Shown: positions 47,457-59,729 of the stretch, piece after piece
Layout of the letters: each line of letters begins with the position of its first letter
Position numbering within the stretch: the stretch's first letter is position 1
NCBI RefSeq assembly: GCF_964213995.1
Contig: NW_027590120.1
Location: 248,001 to 312,000, forward strand
Direction of reading: 5' to 3'
DNA from: Mustelus asterias
Lineage: Eukaryota
DNA length: 64,000 nucleotides
Position numbers and translations under genes: made by a program
Notes under the pieces: generated by a model
The model's input: only the letters and a program-made list of their open reading frames with translations
Database searches by the model: none
What the model was told of the DNA's origin: nothing

Positions 47457-49676
47457 TGGAAGGGGACGACTTTGATGCTTAATGTCATGGACATTTTTGC
47501 GCGGTTATATCGAATTCATGATGCCTAATGGCATCTATCCTAGATTGCTCAGAGAGACAAGAGATGCAATTGCTGGGCCTCTGACGGAAATCTTTGTCTC
47601 TTCGTTGGACGCAGGTGAGGTCCCTGAGGATTGGAGGATAGCGAATGTGGTACCGTTATTTAAGAAGGGTAGCAGGGATAACCCGAGTAATTATAGGTCA
47701 GTGAGCTTGACGTACGTGGTAGGGACGTTGTTGGAGAGGAATCTTAGAGACAGGATGTATGCGCATTTAGAACGGAACAATCTCATTAGTGACAGACAGC
47801 ATGGTTTTGTAAGAGGGAGGTCGTGTCTTACAAATTTGGTGGAGTTTTTTGAGGAAGTGGCAAAAATGGTTGACGAAGGAAGGGCCGTGGATGTCGTCTA
47901 TATGGATTTCAGTAAGACATTTGACAAAGTCCTACATGGCAGGTTGGTTAAGAAGGTTAAGGCTCATGGGATACAAGGAGAGGTGGCTAGATGCGTAGAA
48001 AACTGGCTTGGCCACAAGAGACAGAGGGTAGCAGTCGAAGCATCTTTTTCCGGCTGGAGATCTGTGACCAGTGCTGTTCCACAGGGCTCTGTACTGGGAC
48101 CTCTGCTATTTGTGAGATATATAAATGATTTGGAAGAAGGTGTAACTGGTGTTATCAGCAGGTTTGCGGATGACACGAAGATGGCTGGACTTGGGAATAG
48201 CGATGAACATTGTCGGACAATACAGCAGCATATAGATAGGCTGGAAAATTGGGTGGAGAAATGGCAGATGGAATTTAATCCAGATAACTGCGAAGTGATG
48301 CATTTTGGAAGATCTAATGTGGGGGGGGGGGAGTTATACAATAAATGGCAGAGCCATCAAGAGTATAGAAACACAGAGGGACCTAGGTGTGCAAGTCCAC
48401 AAATCCTTGAAGATGGCAGCACAGGTGGAGAAGGTGGTGAAGAAGGCATATGGTATGCTTGCCTTTATAGGATGGGGTATAGAATATAAAAGCTGGCGTC
48501 TGATGTTGCAGCTGTATAGAACGCTGGTTAGGCCACATTTGGAGTACTGCATCCAGTTCTGGTCGCTGCACTACCAGAAGGACGTGGAGGCTTTAGAGAG
48601 AGTGCAGAGAAAGTTTACCAGGATGTTGCCTGGTGTGGAAGGTCTTTGCTATGAGGAGAGATTGGGTAAACTGGGCGTGTTCTCCCTGGAAAAACAGAGA
48701 ATGAGGGGAGACCTAATAGAGGTGTACAAAACTATGAAGGGTATAGATAGGGTGAACAGTGGGAAGTTTTTTCCCAGGTTGGAGGTGACGATTACGAGGC
48801 ATCACGGGCTCAATGTGAGAGGGGCGAGGTAAAACTCAGGTATCAGAGGGACGTTTTTTACACAGAGAGTGATGGGGCCCTGGAATGCACTGCCAAGTAG
48901 GGTGGTGGAGGCAGACACGCTGGCATCGTTTCAGACTTACCTGGAAAGTCACATGAGCAGCCTGGGAATGGAGGGATACAAACGAATGATCCAGTTGGTC
49001 CAAGGAGCGGCACAGGCTTGGAGGGCCGAAGGGCCTGTTTCCTGTGCTGTACTGTTCTTTGTTCTTTGTTGTTCTTTGCCCGGTAATGAATGATGGGAAA
49101 TGTTGTCAGCACCTCACAGCAATACGATGACTCATGGAGAGGCTCCTTGCACCCCCTAATCACTTCAGTCTTAATCACTGTAGACTCCAGGCAGGGAAAA
49201 CATAGACAATAGCTCAACTGATTCGATTATGCAAGAACTTCAAATCACAAAGGGAACCCTCCAGAATGAGATCAGCCCAGGGGAAATATGATCACTTCAT
49301 CATTAGCCACAGATCAACTCCAACTATCTATAATGGCTTTTCAATACTTTGCTTTTGTGTCACTGCTTTGTGTTATTTGTTTTAGTAGTTACTGATCACA
49401 TAACTTGTAGTGAATGACAATAACCCACGTGGGTTCCATTCATGTTATCAGCAACCACTTTGAATGAGCCCATTACCATACATTTGGCGCGAAGTTCAAA
49501 ACCCTATAAATTGTAAAGCGCACAATGGCCACAGAAAGCTGTTGGCTAGCAGCTGTCTTCCCCCAAGCCTGTGGCTTTTTATTTGGACAGGGAATAAAGC
49601 TTGTGTTGCCTGTTTGTACTGTACTCATGTCTGCTTGTCTTTTTTGGTGGTATGAAGCAAGAAACTTCCCCTGACA
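47457..49676 (+). repeat. ERV 3' LTR, interrupted by CR1 at about 47524-49077
   Basis: Follows the purine tract GGAGCAAGAGGAGG; starts TGGAAGGGG and ends CCCCTGACA; TATAAA at about 49505 and AATAAA at about 49593. Confidence 0.9.
47524..49077 (+). mobile_element. 5'-truncated CR1 (RT to 3'UTR) inserted in the 3' LTR
   Basis: PNGIYPRLLRE...FADD...WNALP and a (TGTTCTT)n tail; possible TSD ATGATG at 47518-47523 and 49090-49095. Confidence 0.92.
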
Positions 49677-49848
49677 GTTATGAATATAAAGCAGATGTTT
49701 CTAAAAGTCGGTTTTATGTAGATCTCCAGGCCTCGAAGAAATTCATCAGTTTAAATATATTAGACCTGAGCCTGACTGATGCTGCCGCTTATTACTGCGT
49801 GTTCAGACGCACAATGATAGAAAGAAGGCCCACCTTCGTGCAAAAGCC
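49677..49848 (+). pseudogene. 3' half of a TCR alpha/delta-type V exon with 23-RSS
   Basis: YEYKADVSKSRFYVDLQASKKFISLNILDLSLTDAAAYYCVFR; heptamer CACAATG 49810-49816, 23-nt spacer, nonamer GCAAAAGCC 49840-49848; 5' half absent. Confidence 0.9.
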
Positions 49849-51764
49849 TGCTTACACTGGAGGAACGATCCCGTGACGATTGAGGATTGCTTAATGGCCA
49901 GATGTTATCTGAGCTGTCAGCCTCTCAAACACACACACAGAGGAAAGCAAGTTAACCTCAGATGAAACCACCACCCAAAATCCAACCTGGCAGGCAGATC
50001 CAGCACAGAACCATACTCGACTCATTCTTCCAAAAGACAATCAGGCCACTTTTGTGCTCTTGCTCTACAAGTCGGTGGTGGGCTGGAAACCAGAGAATGG
50101 AAATGCATCGAGCTGCGATACAATTAATGTCATGGTAATGGGAATATACCCATTGTTTGCGACCACGGTTTGAATTAAAGAATTACTTTTAAATTGGGGA
50201 ATGTTCGCAGAACATTGCAGGCGTTGAACCCAACGTCATTGCACTCAACAGCAAATTTCAAAGCTATTTGTGCAGAAAACAACTCGCATTCAGTTTCACA
50301 CTAGTCCTACAACCTATAGTTTACATCACAATAACAATAATACAAATCAGGGAACATTTGGCATTCACATAATTTGAGAATATAATGAATACAGTGAATC
50401 TCCAGAAATAAGGCAATTTAACAGTCACCGCCAACAGAGGGAGCCCATTCATTACGTATTCCTGACCACTGCACCTAATCAATCAATAAGACGCATGGCA
50501 CTGGGGGAATGGGGACTCTCATAATTCTCATCATAAGTCGCCAATTCAGAAAACTGCACCCATCCTTATAATTTGCCTTACTTGTTAGGAGACCACGATA
50601 TTTTTTTGGACTCTGCGACATTCGTCAACTTCCTTGATCTGTGCCCCAAATTTAAATTTATTTAAATGAACCTGTGGTCTTATGCTCCACAATCAGAGTT
50701 CAATTTAAATGATATTTCAAGATAAATCTTTCCCATATCAGATTGTACTTTATACTGTTGATTTTATGCCTTCCTTGAATTTCTTCTGCCATCTCAATCA
50801 TTGCTTCTCCTTTTTTCTATCTGCTTCTCTCACTGTATCTCCCCCTAACTCTTTCACTGACTTGTCATTGTCATTGTGTTTCTGTCCATTTCACTCCCTA
50901 TTATTCTGTGAATCCTCTGCGCCTAAGTCCATCTCTCCTTATATCAGGTGAAGAATGTTCATTTCCAACCAATGCATCAGCAGAGATTACAAATGACCTG
51001 AAATGAGTGTTGCTGACTTCACTTATCCATTTCATATTTACTGCGGCATCCTCATACTCTCTGATCATTATGAATTCACTGAATGAGACAAATAGAAAGA
51101 CATTTCTTGATTGGTATGTGTATGACCCGGTGGCTCGATTTCTTTTGTTGGTCAGTCATGTTTGCATTCCATTTTTGTACATTTCAGAGATATTCAATTC
51201 GGAATGAGGACATATATGTTAATTAAATGTATAGATTTTAAATGTTGAATGAAGAACAAATACTGTTTGAAATTGTTCGACGGAAGATGAGAATGATGCA
51301 TTAATGACTGAGCATATTCGATGATTCTATGATTTACAGCAGAAATCACTGTTCCCTTAGACATTTGCGGGATGAACGCTTTTAAATTTTGAAATTCCAG
51401 ATACGTTGAGGCATCACGTTGAAAGTAACGGTTGCCTTCTTGTATTGAGGGACATGGACTCTGATAGGGACATGAATTGCAGGCTCACAACCGCAGCCAG
51501 TAACAAGACGGAGAAAACGTCATTAAAAACAAATGTCGAAGCAGAAATATTATTTTAGCATTGATAGCGAACTTATATTGTTTGACGTGACATATTATGA
51601 TGAGTTGTCAAGGTTGGTATTACTGTTGGTATGCTGAAAACAAATCACCTCCGTTGAGCTTGGCGCTCGGCATTGTTTGTGCTGTGTAGCGGGTAAAATG
51701 TGTACTTCATACTCAAAAGCGTCCAGTTCCTAACATTCGAGTTAGCAACATCATGGAAACCCTC

Positions 51765-51975
51765 CAGTGCAGAAGTAGGCCATTTGGCTCATCAAGTCTG
51801 CACCAACAACAGACTCGTAGGCCCACATATTTACACTGCTAGCCTCCGCATCCCCGGACACTAAGAGGCTATTTAGCGTGGCCAATGCTCCTAACAGACA
51901 CATCTTTGGAGTGTGGGAGGAAACCGGAGCAACAGGACGAAACCCACGCAGCGCAGGGGGAACGTGTCACCTAAA
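51765..51975 (-). mobile_element. decayed V-domain SINE fragment
   Basis: CATCTTTGGAGTGTGGGAGGAAACCGGAGC...AACCCACGCAG matches the SINEs at 19058 and 56229. Confidence 0.75.
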
Positions 51976-52484
51976 ACCATCATCAATGCATAACTCTGAT
52001 ATGAATGCCAGAGTGGGATTCTAAAGCAGTTCCCCAGGACGTTACCCTGTGTCTCTGCATTATTAGTCCAGTGACAATACCACTGTGCATTCAGTCCTCA
52101 AATGCTGACGTGCTGATTTTTTCCAACATTGATGGCTTTTATCAGAAATGTCTGCGCTGCTTTGGATACAAACAAATTAGTTATATTTTGGTTAATGCAC
52201 CGGAAGGGCACGCTCGTTGGTCTAGGGCGAGCCACGTAATGTTGATTTCTATTGCCCAATCCGCAGGTTTTGTTCATTTCTTTCCGATAGAGACTTCGAG
52301 ATGCGTTCACATGTGGTTTGGTTTGAGAATCTAAGTACAAACTGCAGGGAATCCGTCAGCACAACACACTCGCTAGAAAAATATTTTCAAAAGATTTGAC
52401 TTGTAAGGAGACATTCATTTTATCACCATTCACCTGTTCAAGGGACACCATGATTGCCCTTTCAGGGATCCGGCTGGATGTTTC

Positions 52485-52935
52485 TTTTTATTCAATAACG
52501 AGATGTGGGTGTAGCTGGTTGTGTCAGCAATATTACCCATCAGTAATTGCTCTTGAGAAGGTGTTGGTGAGCTGCCTTCTTGAACCGCTGCAGTCTATTG
52601 GTTTAGGCACATCCATAGAGCTGTTGGGGGTGGGGTGGGAGGGCTTCGTTATTCCAGGACGTTGTCCCAGTGACAGTGAAGGAACAGCGATGTATTTCCA
52701 AGACAGTGTGGTGATTGGCCTGGAGGGGAGCTTCCAGGTGATAGTGGTCTTGGGTTTGGAAGCTGCTCTCTAAGGTGCATTTCGTGAGTTCATGCATCAT
52801 CCAGACAAGTGGAGAATATTCCATCACATTCTTGACTTGTGCCTTGTAAATGGTGGCCAGGTTTTAGGGACTCAGGAGGTGAATTCCTCACCGCAAGATT
52901 CCCAGCCTCTGACCTGCTCTTGTAGCCACTGCACG
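52485..52935 (-). mobile_element. non-LTR retrotransposon 3' fragment (family unassigned)
   Basis: YKAQV..VMEYSPLVWM motif; the same 3'UTR (CACCTTCTCAAGAGCAA..GATGG) recurs on + at 57185-57320. Confidence 0.65.
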
Positions 52936-53095
52936 AACTGATAAAATGTGTGCTGAGCAACAATATGAGCAACTCTTTTCGTGCTCAGTTTGTAGTGGAT
53001 TTTCAGCACTTCTATTCTTTTTTCCGAATGCATCTTGAGGCATATGTAACAGCCAGTGTCATATGCTTGTAAAATATTCTTTTCAAGTAAAATTC

Positions 53096-53265
53096 AGTAA
53101 GAAGTCTCACACCAGCTTAAAGTCCAAAGGGTTTATTTGGAATCACTCACCTGATGAAGGAGCAGCACTCCGAAAGCTCGAAATTCCGAATAAACGTGAT
53201 GGACTTTAACCTGATGTGAGACTTCTTACTTTGCCCACCCCAGTCCAACGCCGGACATCTCCACC
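53096..53265 (+). mobile_element. Penelope-derived hairpin mini-element with hammerhead core
   Basis: Inverted arms GTAAGAAGTCTCAC...GTGAGACTTCTTAC; CTGATGA at 53151 and GAAA at 53172; TSD TCAAGTAA(A/T)ATTC at 53083-53095 and 53266-53278. Confidence 0.85.
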
Positions 53266-53516
53266 TCAAGTAATATTCGATTATTGATCCAGTGAGGGGA
53301 GTGGTTAGTGGTTGGACAGAATTATTGTCTTTAATTGCAACATGGCAGATTAACTCAGCAATTCAATTCAAGGGCAATTAGGGATGACTACAAATGAATA
53401 AAGAAAATCACAATGATGGAACCTATCCTCATAAGTAAACAAATAATTTTGACAAAGCTTCTGCCCTATTCCGAAGCGTCGAGCCAATATGGAACAACTG
53501 CCATACATTTGCATAT

Positions 53517-53589
53517 GGGCCAGTGGCGCAATGGATGAAGTGTCTGACTATGGGGTAGATGGTTCCAAGTTCGATTTCTGACTTGTTCG
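53517..53589 (+). pseudogene. decayed tRNA-Arg(ACG) gene
   Basis: GGGCCAGTGGCGCAATGGAT...TCTGACT-ATG-G...GTTCGA aligns to vertebrate tRNA-Arg-ACG; anticodon ACG>ATG, stems broken; TTTT terminator at 53597-53600. Confidence 0.8.
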
Positions 53590-54084
53590 GTGCAACTTTT
53601 AAAAGAAGTTTACAAATTCCATGTTACTTTTGATGACTGTCTTTAATAACTTTAGACCAACTCAGATAAATTTCTCTGGAGAGATTTATCTTAGTTTTTC
53701 AACATAAACCGTGTATTTAAAGTTAAATTCTACTGAAAGATGAGCCTTAAATATGTTTAAAACGAGCTTTTTTTAACGAACTTTTGCTATATTGTTTGGA
53801 AAACATTTTGATAAGTTTAAGCTATTTTTTAAAAAGTTGGAGCCGCCTGGATGATGGTATGGAAAAGTTACTTTGGAAAATGCTGAAACGAGTTTCGAAA
53901 AAGTTGACCAACACTTGTCAAATACGAGGGAAGAATTTATTTAAGTCTGTTTAGTGCTAAGAAGTTCACAAGATATTTCAGTTCGATACCAGTTTTTCAA
54001 AAGTTGACCAATTCTAGTTAAACCCCATGGAGAAATATCTTTGAATAAGTTTCGTTTTGAAACGTTCACAAATTAGCCAGAAGG

Positions 54085-54420
54085 TGATGATGCTGTAGGT
54101 GTTCTCCAAGGGAGCGGAGGAGATTGAGGAGAGATGTAATCGAGGTGGATGAAATTAGGCCAGGTTTCGCTCAGGTAGATAAAGAAAAGATGTTCCCATT
54201 AGCTGGTGGTGCTAACGGAAGATAGGGTAGGGGTATGGAAGGGAACATATTTTTAAGGTTATGGGCAATGGACAGAGGGGGTGAGGACGATGGAGGAGGA
54301 ACATTTTTCCGCAGTGAGTACTAAGCACCCAGAACACTTTGCCTACGAGAGTGGTGGATAGGGTTATTTTCGGTAAATAGAAATTCTGAGGCCGGAAGGT
54401 TGACCTCCTGAGAAAGAAAA
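54085..54420 (+). mobile_element. old CR1 3' fragment
   Basis: RRLRRDVIEV...KMFPL remnants. Confidence 0.55.
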
Positions 54421-56228
54421 TTGATCTCTCGGAACATTATGGGGCAGCTAACTCCTCGATTCAATTTAACCTGTAAAGGCACCCAATGCTGTGGTGTTTG
54501 TTAAGAACCTCTCTGATGTTAAATGTGAGGGCATCCCAAAGTACACAAGAATTATTTGGAACACCAATTTTTAGTTGTGGAAATTTTCAATTTGACATAA
54601 CGTATATAAAAAAGGAAATGAGTGAGACATGGCCCAGCCTTGTTGCAAATAATTAGTAATGGATAATTATTAAATTAAAGCAGGCACACATCAAAAAAGG
54701 CACTTCAGCAGAACCGTTAACTTCAATGATGGCTGCACACAAAGTATCTCATGAGGTTGACCCCTTTTCCCAGCTGTCCAGTTTCCTGACCTCTGAGAAC
54801 TGCCCCTCTCCCGAACATCATTCGAAATTATATGACTATGAGTTTAATGCAGATTACAGTGACCACCCACAGGTTACTTTTCGGTTTGGGAAAACTTTTT
54901 TCAGTCCCGCGTAGCGGTTCTTCTGTGTTAGAGTTTTTTTACAGCAGCTTTTTTCAGTACATTGCCTTTCTGCAGAGTCTGCTTCCTACAGATGGCTGTG
55001 GCTATTGTAGCCGCTAAGCCTCTCCTCCTGTACTCTGCTCCCATGGCTATAGTTTCCATTCCTTTTGATGTTATGCTATCTTAAGTACAACTCTTCATTT
55101 CAATCCATAGTTACTCATGTAAACAATTGTTTCCCTGCTGCTTTGCTAATTCGCATATCAAAAACCCCTTCAGATAGATGTACTTTTATTTTTCCAATCC
55201 TTCAATTTATTTTATCCAAATTTGAATTTAAATCTTTATATTTATAAATCTTGTTATGTTCTGGGGACGACAGTTGAGAGTGGCTCCATTCTGAACTGGA
55301 GAGGCAGGCCAAGGCCTTGTTCAGGGGAGTCCTGACATCTGTACACTACGTTGTTCGGGCCTGGGTGAAAGAGTTTGGTCGGAATTGCGCTGCGAACGAG
55401 AACAGAGAAATTGGTGCTCAGCCAAATCTACGTTTACCGGAGAGTCGAGGTCAGAGAAACTCGTGTCATAGCAGTCTACGTCCACCTGGTGGCAGTTGGT
55501 TCAAGCTATGTTTCCAGACTGTCGACCTTTCCCATGTCAATGATTTTTAAAGGAGGTCCTCTCCCAGTTTTTGCTCTATCAGGCAATGTCTCTAGTCACT
55601 TTGCACCAGATGTATTTCTGTTGATATTGCAAGAAGTCCTCTTTATTTTGGCATACGAGTAGGCTTCTGGTGATAACAACCAGATCCTGCCTCATGTAAT
55701 ACTTCATTGGATCATCCTTGTGCTTAACTGAGGGTTTGTGTCTGTTGTAAGCAGCAAAATATATCTTTACATTTTATTATATGTCTTAGCTAATTTATTA
55801 TTAAACTGGACGTTCTCCCTGCCCACGTTTCCTGAGGCCATTGCCTGATTTCATATTACACTCGACAACTTTCTGTTTATACTATATGGTATCACTCCAT
55901 GATAATGTAAAGTCAGATCGTCCCTTTTCCATGCACTCAGCTCAACTGTGTCCCTGTTTGCATTAGAGAAGAATCGGCTTCTATAGAGCACATCTCTGTT
56001 AATGTTACAGTTGGCCAGTTCTTTGACATAAGTGCACTGAATTATGCTGCAGATTTATTACACTGGGACCTGATTCATTGCTTTCCTTGTGTTAGTCTTA
56101 GGCCTGCATTACTTAGTGCACGAGAACAAGTTATTGTTCATAATGCTTAAGGCCATTCCCAATTTCTGCTGCATAAGCTTCTCTCTCTGCTCATATCGCA
56201 CCCTGTTTGTATCACACTATATGGTCGC

Positions 56229-56571
56229 ATAGAAACCATAGAAACCCTACAGTACAGAAAGAGGCCGTTCGGCCCATCAAGTCTGCACCGACCACAATCC
56301 CACCCAGGCCCTACCCCCATATCCCTATATATTTTACCCGCTAATCCCTCTAATCTACGCATCCTAGGACACTAAGGGGCAATTTTAGCATGGCCAATCA
56401 ATCTAACCCGCACATCTTTGGACTGTGGGAGGAAACCGGAGCACTCGGAGGAAACCCACGCAGACACGAGGAGAATGTGCAAACTCCAGACAGACAGTGA
56501 CCCAAGCCGGGAATCGAACCCAGGTCCCTGGAGCTGTGAAGCAGCTGCGCTAACCACTGTGCTAGGGTGCC
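56229..56571 (-). mobile_element. full-length V-domain SINE (HE1-like)
   Basis: A box and B box (GGTTCGATTCCC), V domain, CR1-type tail (GGTTTCTAT)n. Confidence 0.9.
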
Positions 56572-57378
56572 GTGTTCTATCTATTAATGTTATGCCGTTC
56601 AAATGTGTATATTACAATCATCCTCCCTCAGTTATTAATGCACGCAAATTACCTCAGTTTATATTTCAGTAAAACCCTGCCTCAGCTATGCGTGCACCAG
56701 TATATGTATCTGTTTTTAAAAGACTAGGCCCTGCCTCTGTTTCTACGACAGTACAGAGCTTGTCTACATTTCTGTTGTATTGGATATTGCACATGTCATT
56801 TGCCGAGTTGTCTATTATTTCTGCACCATGTCTCCTTATCTGTAACTTATGTCGTTACCGTGCTGTATTGCTGTGCCCTGTTTCTAGCCTGGCAGCTGCT
56901 AATATTGCGCTTGGACCTCGCTCACTTATTACAGCACAAGACAATGCACTACTTACATTAGAAAAAGGTGTATCTTGTCGATATAAGTCCCGTCTCTGTC
57001 GCAGTTATTACTGTAGTAGACATGTCCGCGTCCTGAATACACTATACCCTGTATCAGTAGTTACTGCAATGAAGAAGATATGTTTTTCCATTCCTAAATG
57101 ATTGTCAGTCCGTAAACATCGTCTCTGTGTCAATTAAATCAGAACTAAACCATGTCTTTGTTTCAATTATACCAGACGCTTCCTCAGATTCCTAACAGCA
57201 CTGTGCGTGTACCTACACCTCGGGGACAGCAGAGGTTTAAGAAGGCAGCGGAACACCACCTTCTCAAGAGCAACTAGGGATGGACAATAAATCCAGGTCT
57301 GACCAGTGACGCCCATACCTGATCCATTATTTTAAAAATACAATTACAGCATACACACACACCCACACACACACATAC

Positions 57379-57427
<49 letters not shown>

Positions 57428-58092
57428 GTATAATTTAGTGCTTTACTAGAATACGTTCCTGTTAAAATGTATTGGACACTGATTATGTTTATATTGCACA
57501 AGGTTTGCATTCATTAATGCAGCAAGGTACCTTGCATTTATTTATAAAACACTGGATTATTTGTCTGTTTATATTACTCTGCTTTCTGTGTCAACTAACA
57601 CTACACTAGACCATCCCCTCAGCACGCACATGCGTGATACTTTCGATCGAAACGGACCAGCGCTCATGTGTGTTTTTTGTTTCTATCTTTCACGGAGGCA
57701 TTTCTGCTGTTTGTTCTGAAAAGCGTTTCGGAGCATCAATGGAATGATCGTGTCTCAAGGAAACTAAACTCACTGTGGGCACGTGGTCAAAAAGAATTGC
57801 ACGTTAGATTCTGGAATATATTGGCAGCACTGTAGAAATGACATCTATTCAACTTTTCCTCATTTCCTTTTTAATGGGTATAAAGGAATATGTGAAGCCT
57901 TCATTGATGTGAATTGTCAGTCTGTCCCCTATACTATCCAAATATTGAGATGTACTCCTTTCTCTCGGGTACATAATCCAAATGCCTCCTGTAATAGTTA
58001 GATTGCGATTGATTGTCCTCATTTTCGAAGAGGGAGAGATACGCTCGTAATCAACAAAGCGGTTTTCTAATGTTTTAAATGTTATTTTGCAG

Positions 58093-58423
58093 GTAAAATA
58101 CAATGGAATTCGGTTACACAATGTCAACCTAAGTTAAAGGTACCTGAGGGAGCTGATGTGCAATTGAACTCCAGTTCCGTTGATCCGGATTGCTACTAGC
58201 ACGGGCTGTACCCGAACCAGCCGCTCCAGTTTATATTGTATCGGGATAACACCAGGCGCAAGAACACCGTGTTTTCCAAAGGAAAATTCGATGCTCGATA
58301 TTTCATTCAATATCAGGTTTTCTCTTTGTCAAGTTTTGCAAATGGAGACTAAAGACAGCGTCTTCTATTTCTGTGGATTGAGTATCATGGTGCTTCAAAC
58401 CGGCTGCGACCCATGCAAAAACC
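58093..58423 (+). pseudogene. TCR alpha/delta-type V pseudogene
   Basis: Acceptor TTTTGCAG; NSVTQ..VPEGADVQLN(S)...Y*..YPNQPLQFILYRD...GKF...DSVFYFCG; first Cys lost, W>TAG, frameshift; RSS CATGGTG-22nt-GCAAAAACC. Confidence 0.85.
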
Positions 58424-59729
58424 TCGTTAAAACACAACGAAACCGGGGAGTTCAACAAAGGCATCTTCCAACCACGAAAAATAAAATCCCTCGTTTATAT
58501 GATGATTTTAAAAACTAACAGTTTTGTTCTGACAAATTGTTGTCGAGGATTGTAGGCATCACTTCCGCTTAGTGAATAGAGAAACTGAATTGTTCCTTTG
58601 GAAAAGAGAAGGTTCACGTGAATTTAAAATGAAGTGTCAAAATTAATGAAAGGGTTTTAACTAATATATGACGAGGAATTATTTACATGGGCAGCAGGGA
58701 TGACAATGAGAAGATACTGATTAAAGATCATCGGTAAATAGAAATGCTGAGAAATTTATGATTATGTTCAAAGCACGCCTTATGATCTTCAAAACACTGC
58801 CTGAAAGACTGGTGGAGGCATATGCAGTGATAAATAGAAGCAACAGCACGTTGGAAAAAGACCAAAGTAGAGGACAAATAATATGTATCTGATCTGAAGG
58901 AATAGCTCTTGCAGATTAGAAGTGCAAACAACTTAGCCGAATGCTTTCCTTCTGTGTCGTTTTATCCAGTCATTCAATAAATCATATCCAATCCTAACTC
59001 CGGCATAAACAACCGTTCCTGTTTTTGTCTCTCGTTCAAAATCTTAGAAGTGCCTCCAGAATAACATCGTGGAAGCACCTTCAACAGTCACACTGGCGTG
59101 GTACTCAGGATGAGAGCACAACGTATTTATGTGAAGTTCGCGATGGACAATAAATAGTGGCCTTGCTATAATCGCCGATAACTCGCGAAGAGATAGAACA
59201 ACACAAAAATATATGGCACCTTATGAATATCAGCACATAATTTATTCCTCCGTTTGCATAACTCATCCTTTCCTTTTTCATTTGTGTCTTGTTTGCTCTG
59301 CATTTTTCCTCTATTTCAGGACTGTTGCCGCTCTGCCAGTTTCTCTCATTCACCATTTTCATTTCTTTGCATCTATAATAAAGTTCAATGACAGATTACA
59401 TGGCCAAATGTATTCTTTTCTGAACAAGTAGCGTGAGGAGGGAAGGGGCGGGGCTGAATTCCAAACACAAGTGCCGCCCAGAGCAGTGACGCGATCAGAT
59501 GGTGGAACAGGAACTAGAGAGATAGTATCTGACCAGTCAGCACTCTTGTTAACATGCTGCTACCCAGTTATCACATTGCGACTTTATATTGGTAAACAAT
59601 TTCCCGGGACTCTTCCTCTCCTTCTGTTTTAGCTTTCTGTACAACAGTCGCTTAATTTAAAGGATTGCAATAGTAAATATATCTATATCTCCAAACATAC
59701 GATTCAAGGAGATCACTGGCCAAGAAATA

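Larger units (their letters stand above)
39573..49676 (+). mobile_element. defective endogenous retrovirus (LTR-gag-pro-pol-env-LTR)
   Basis: TG...CA LTRs, PBS, PPT and all retroviral domains present in order, with stops, frameshifts and two secondary insertions. Confidence 0.95.

Noticed and set aside
57185-57205. CACAGTG heptamer on minus as an RSS
   Set aside because: Falls inside a LINE 3' fragment and has no nonamer at 12 or 23 nt.
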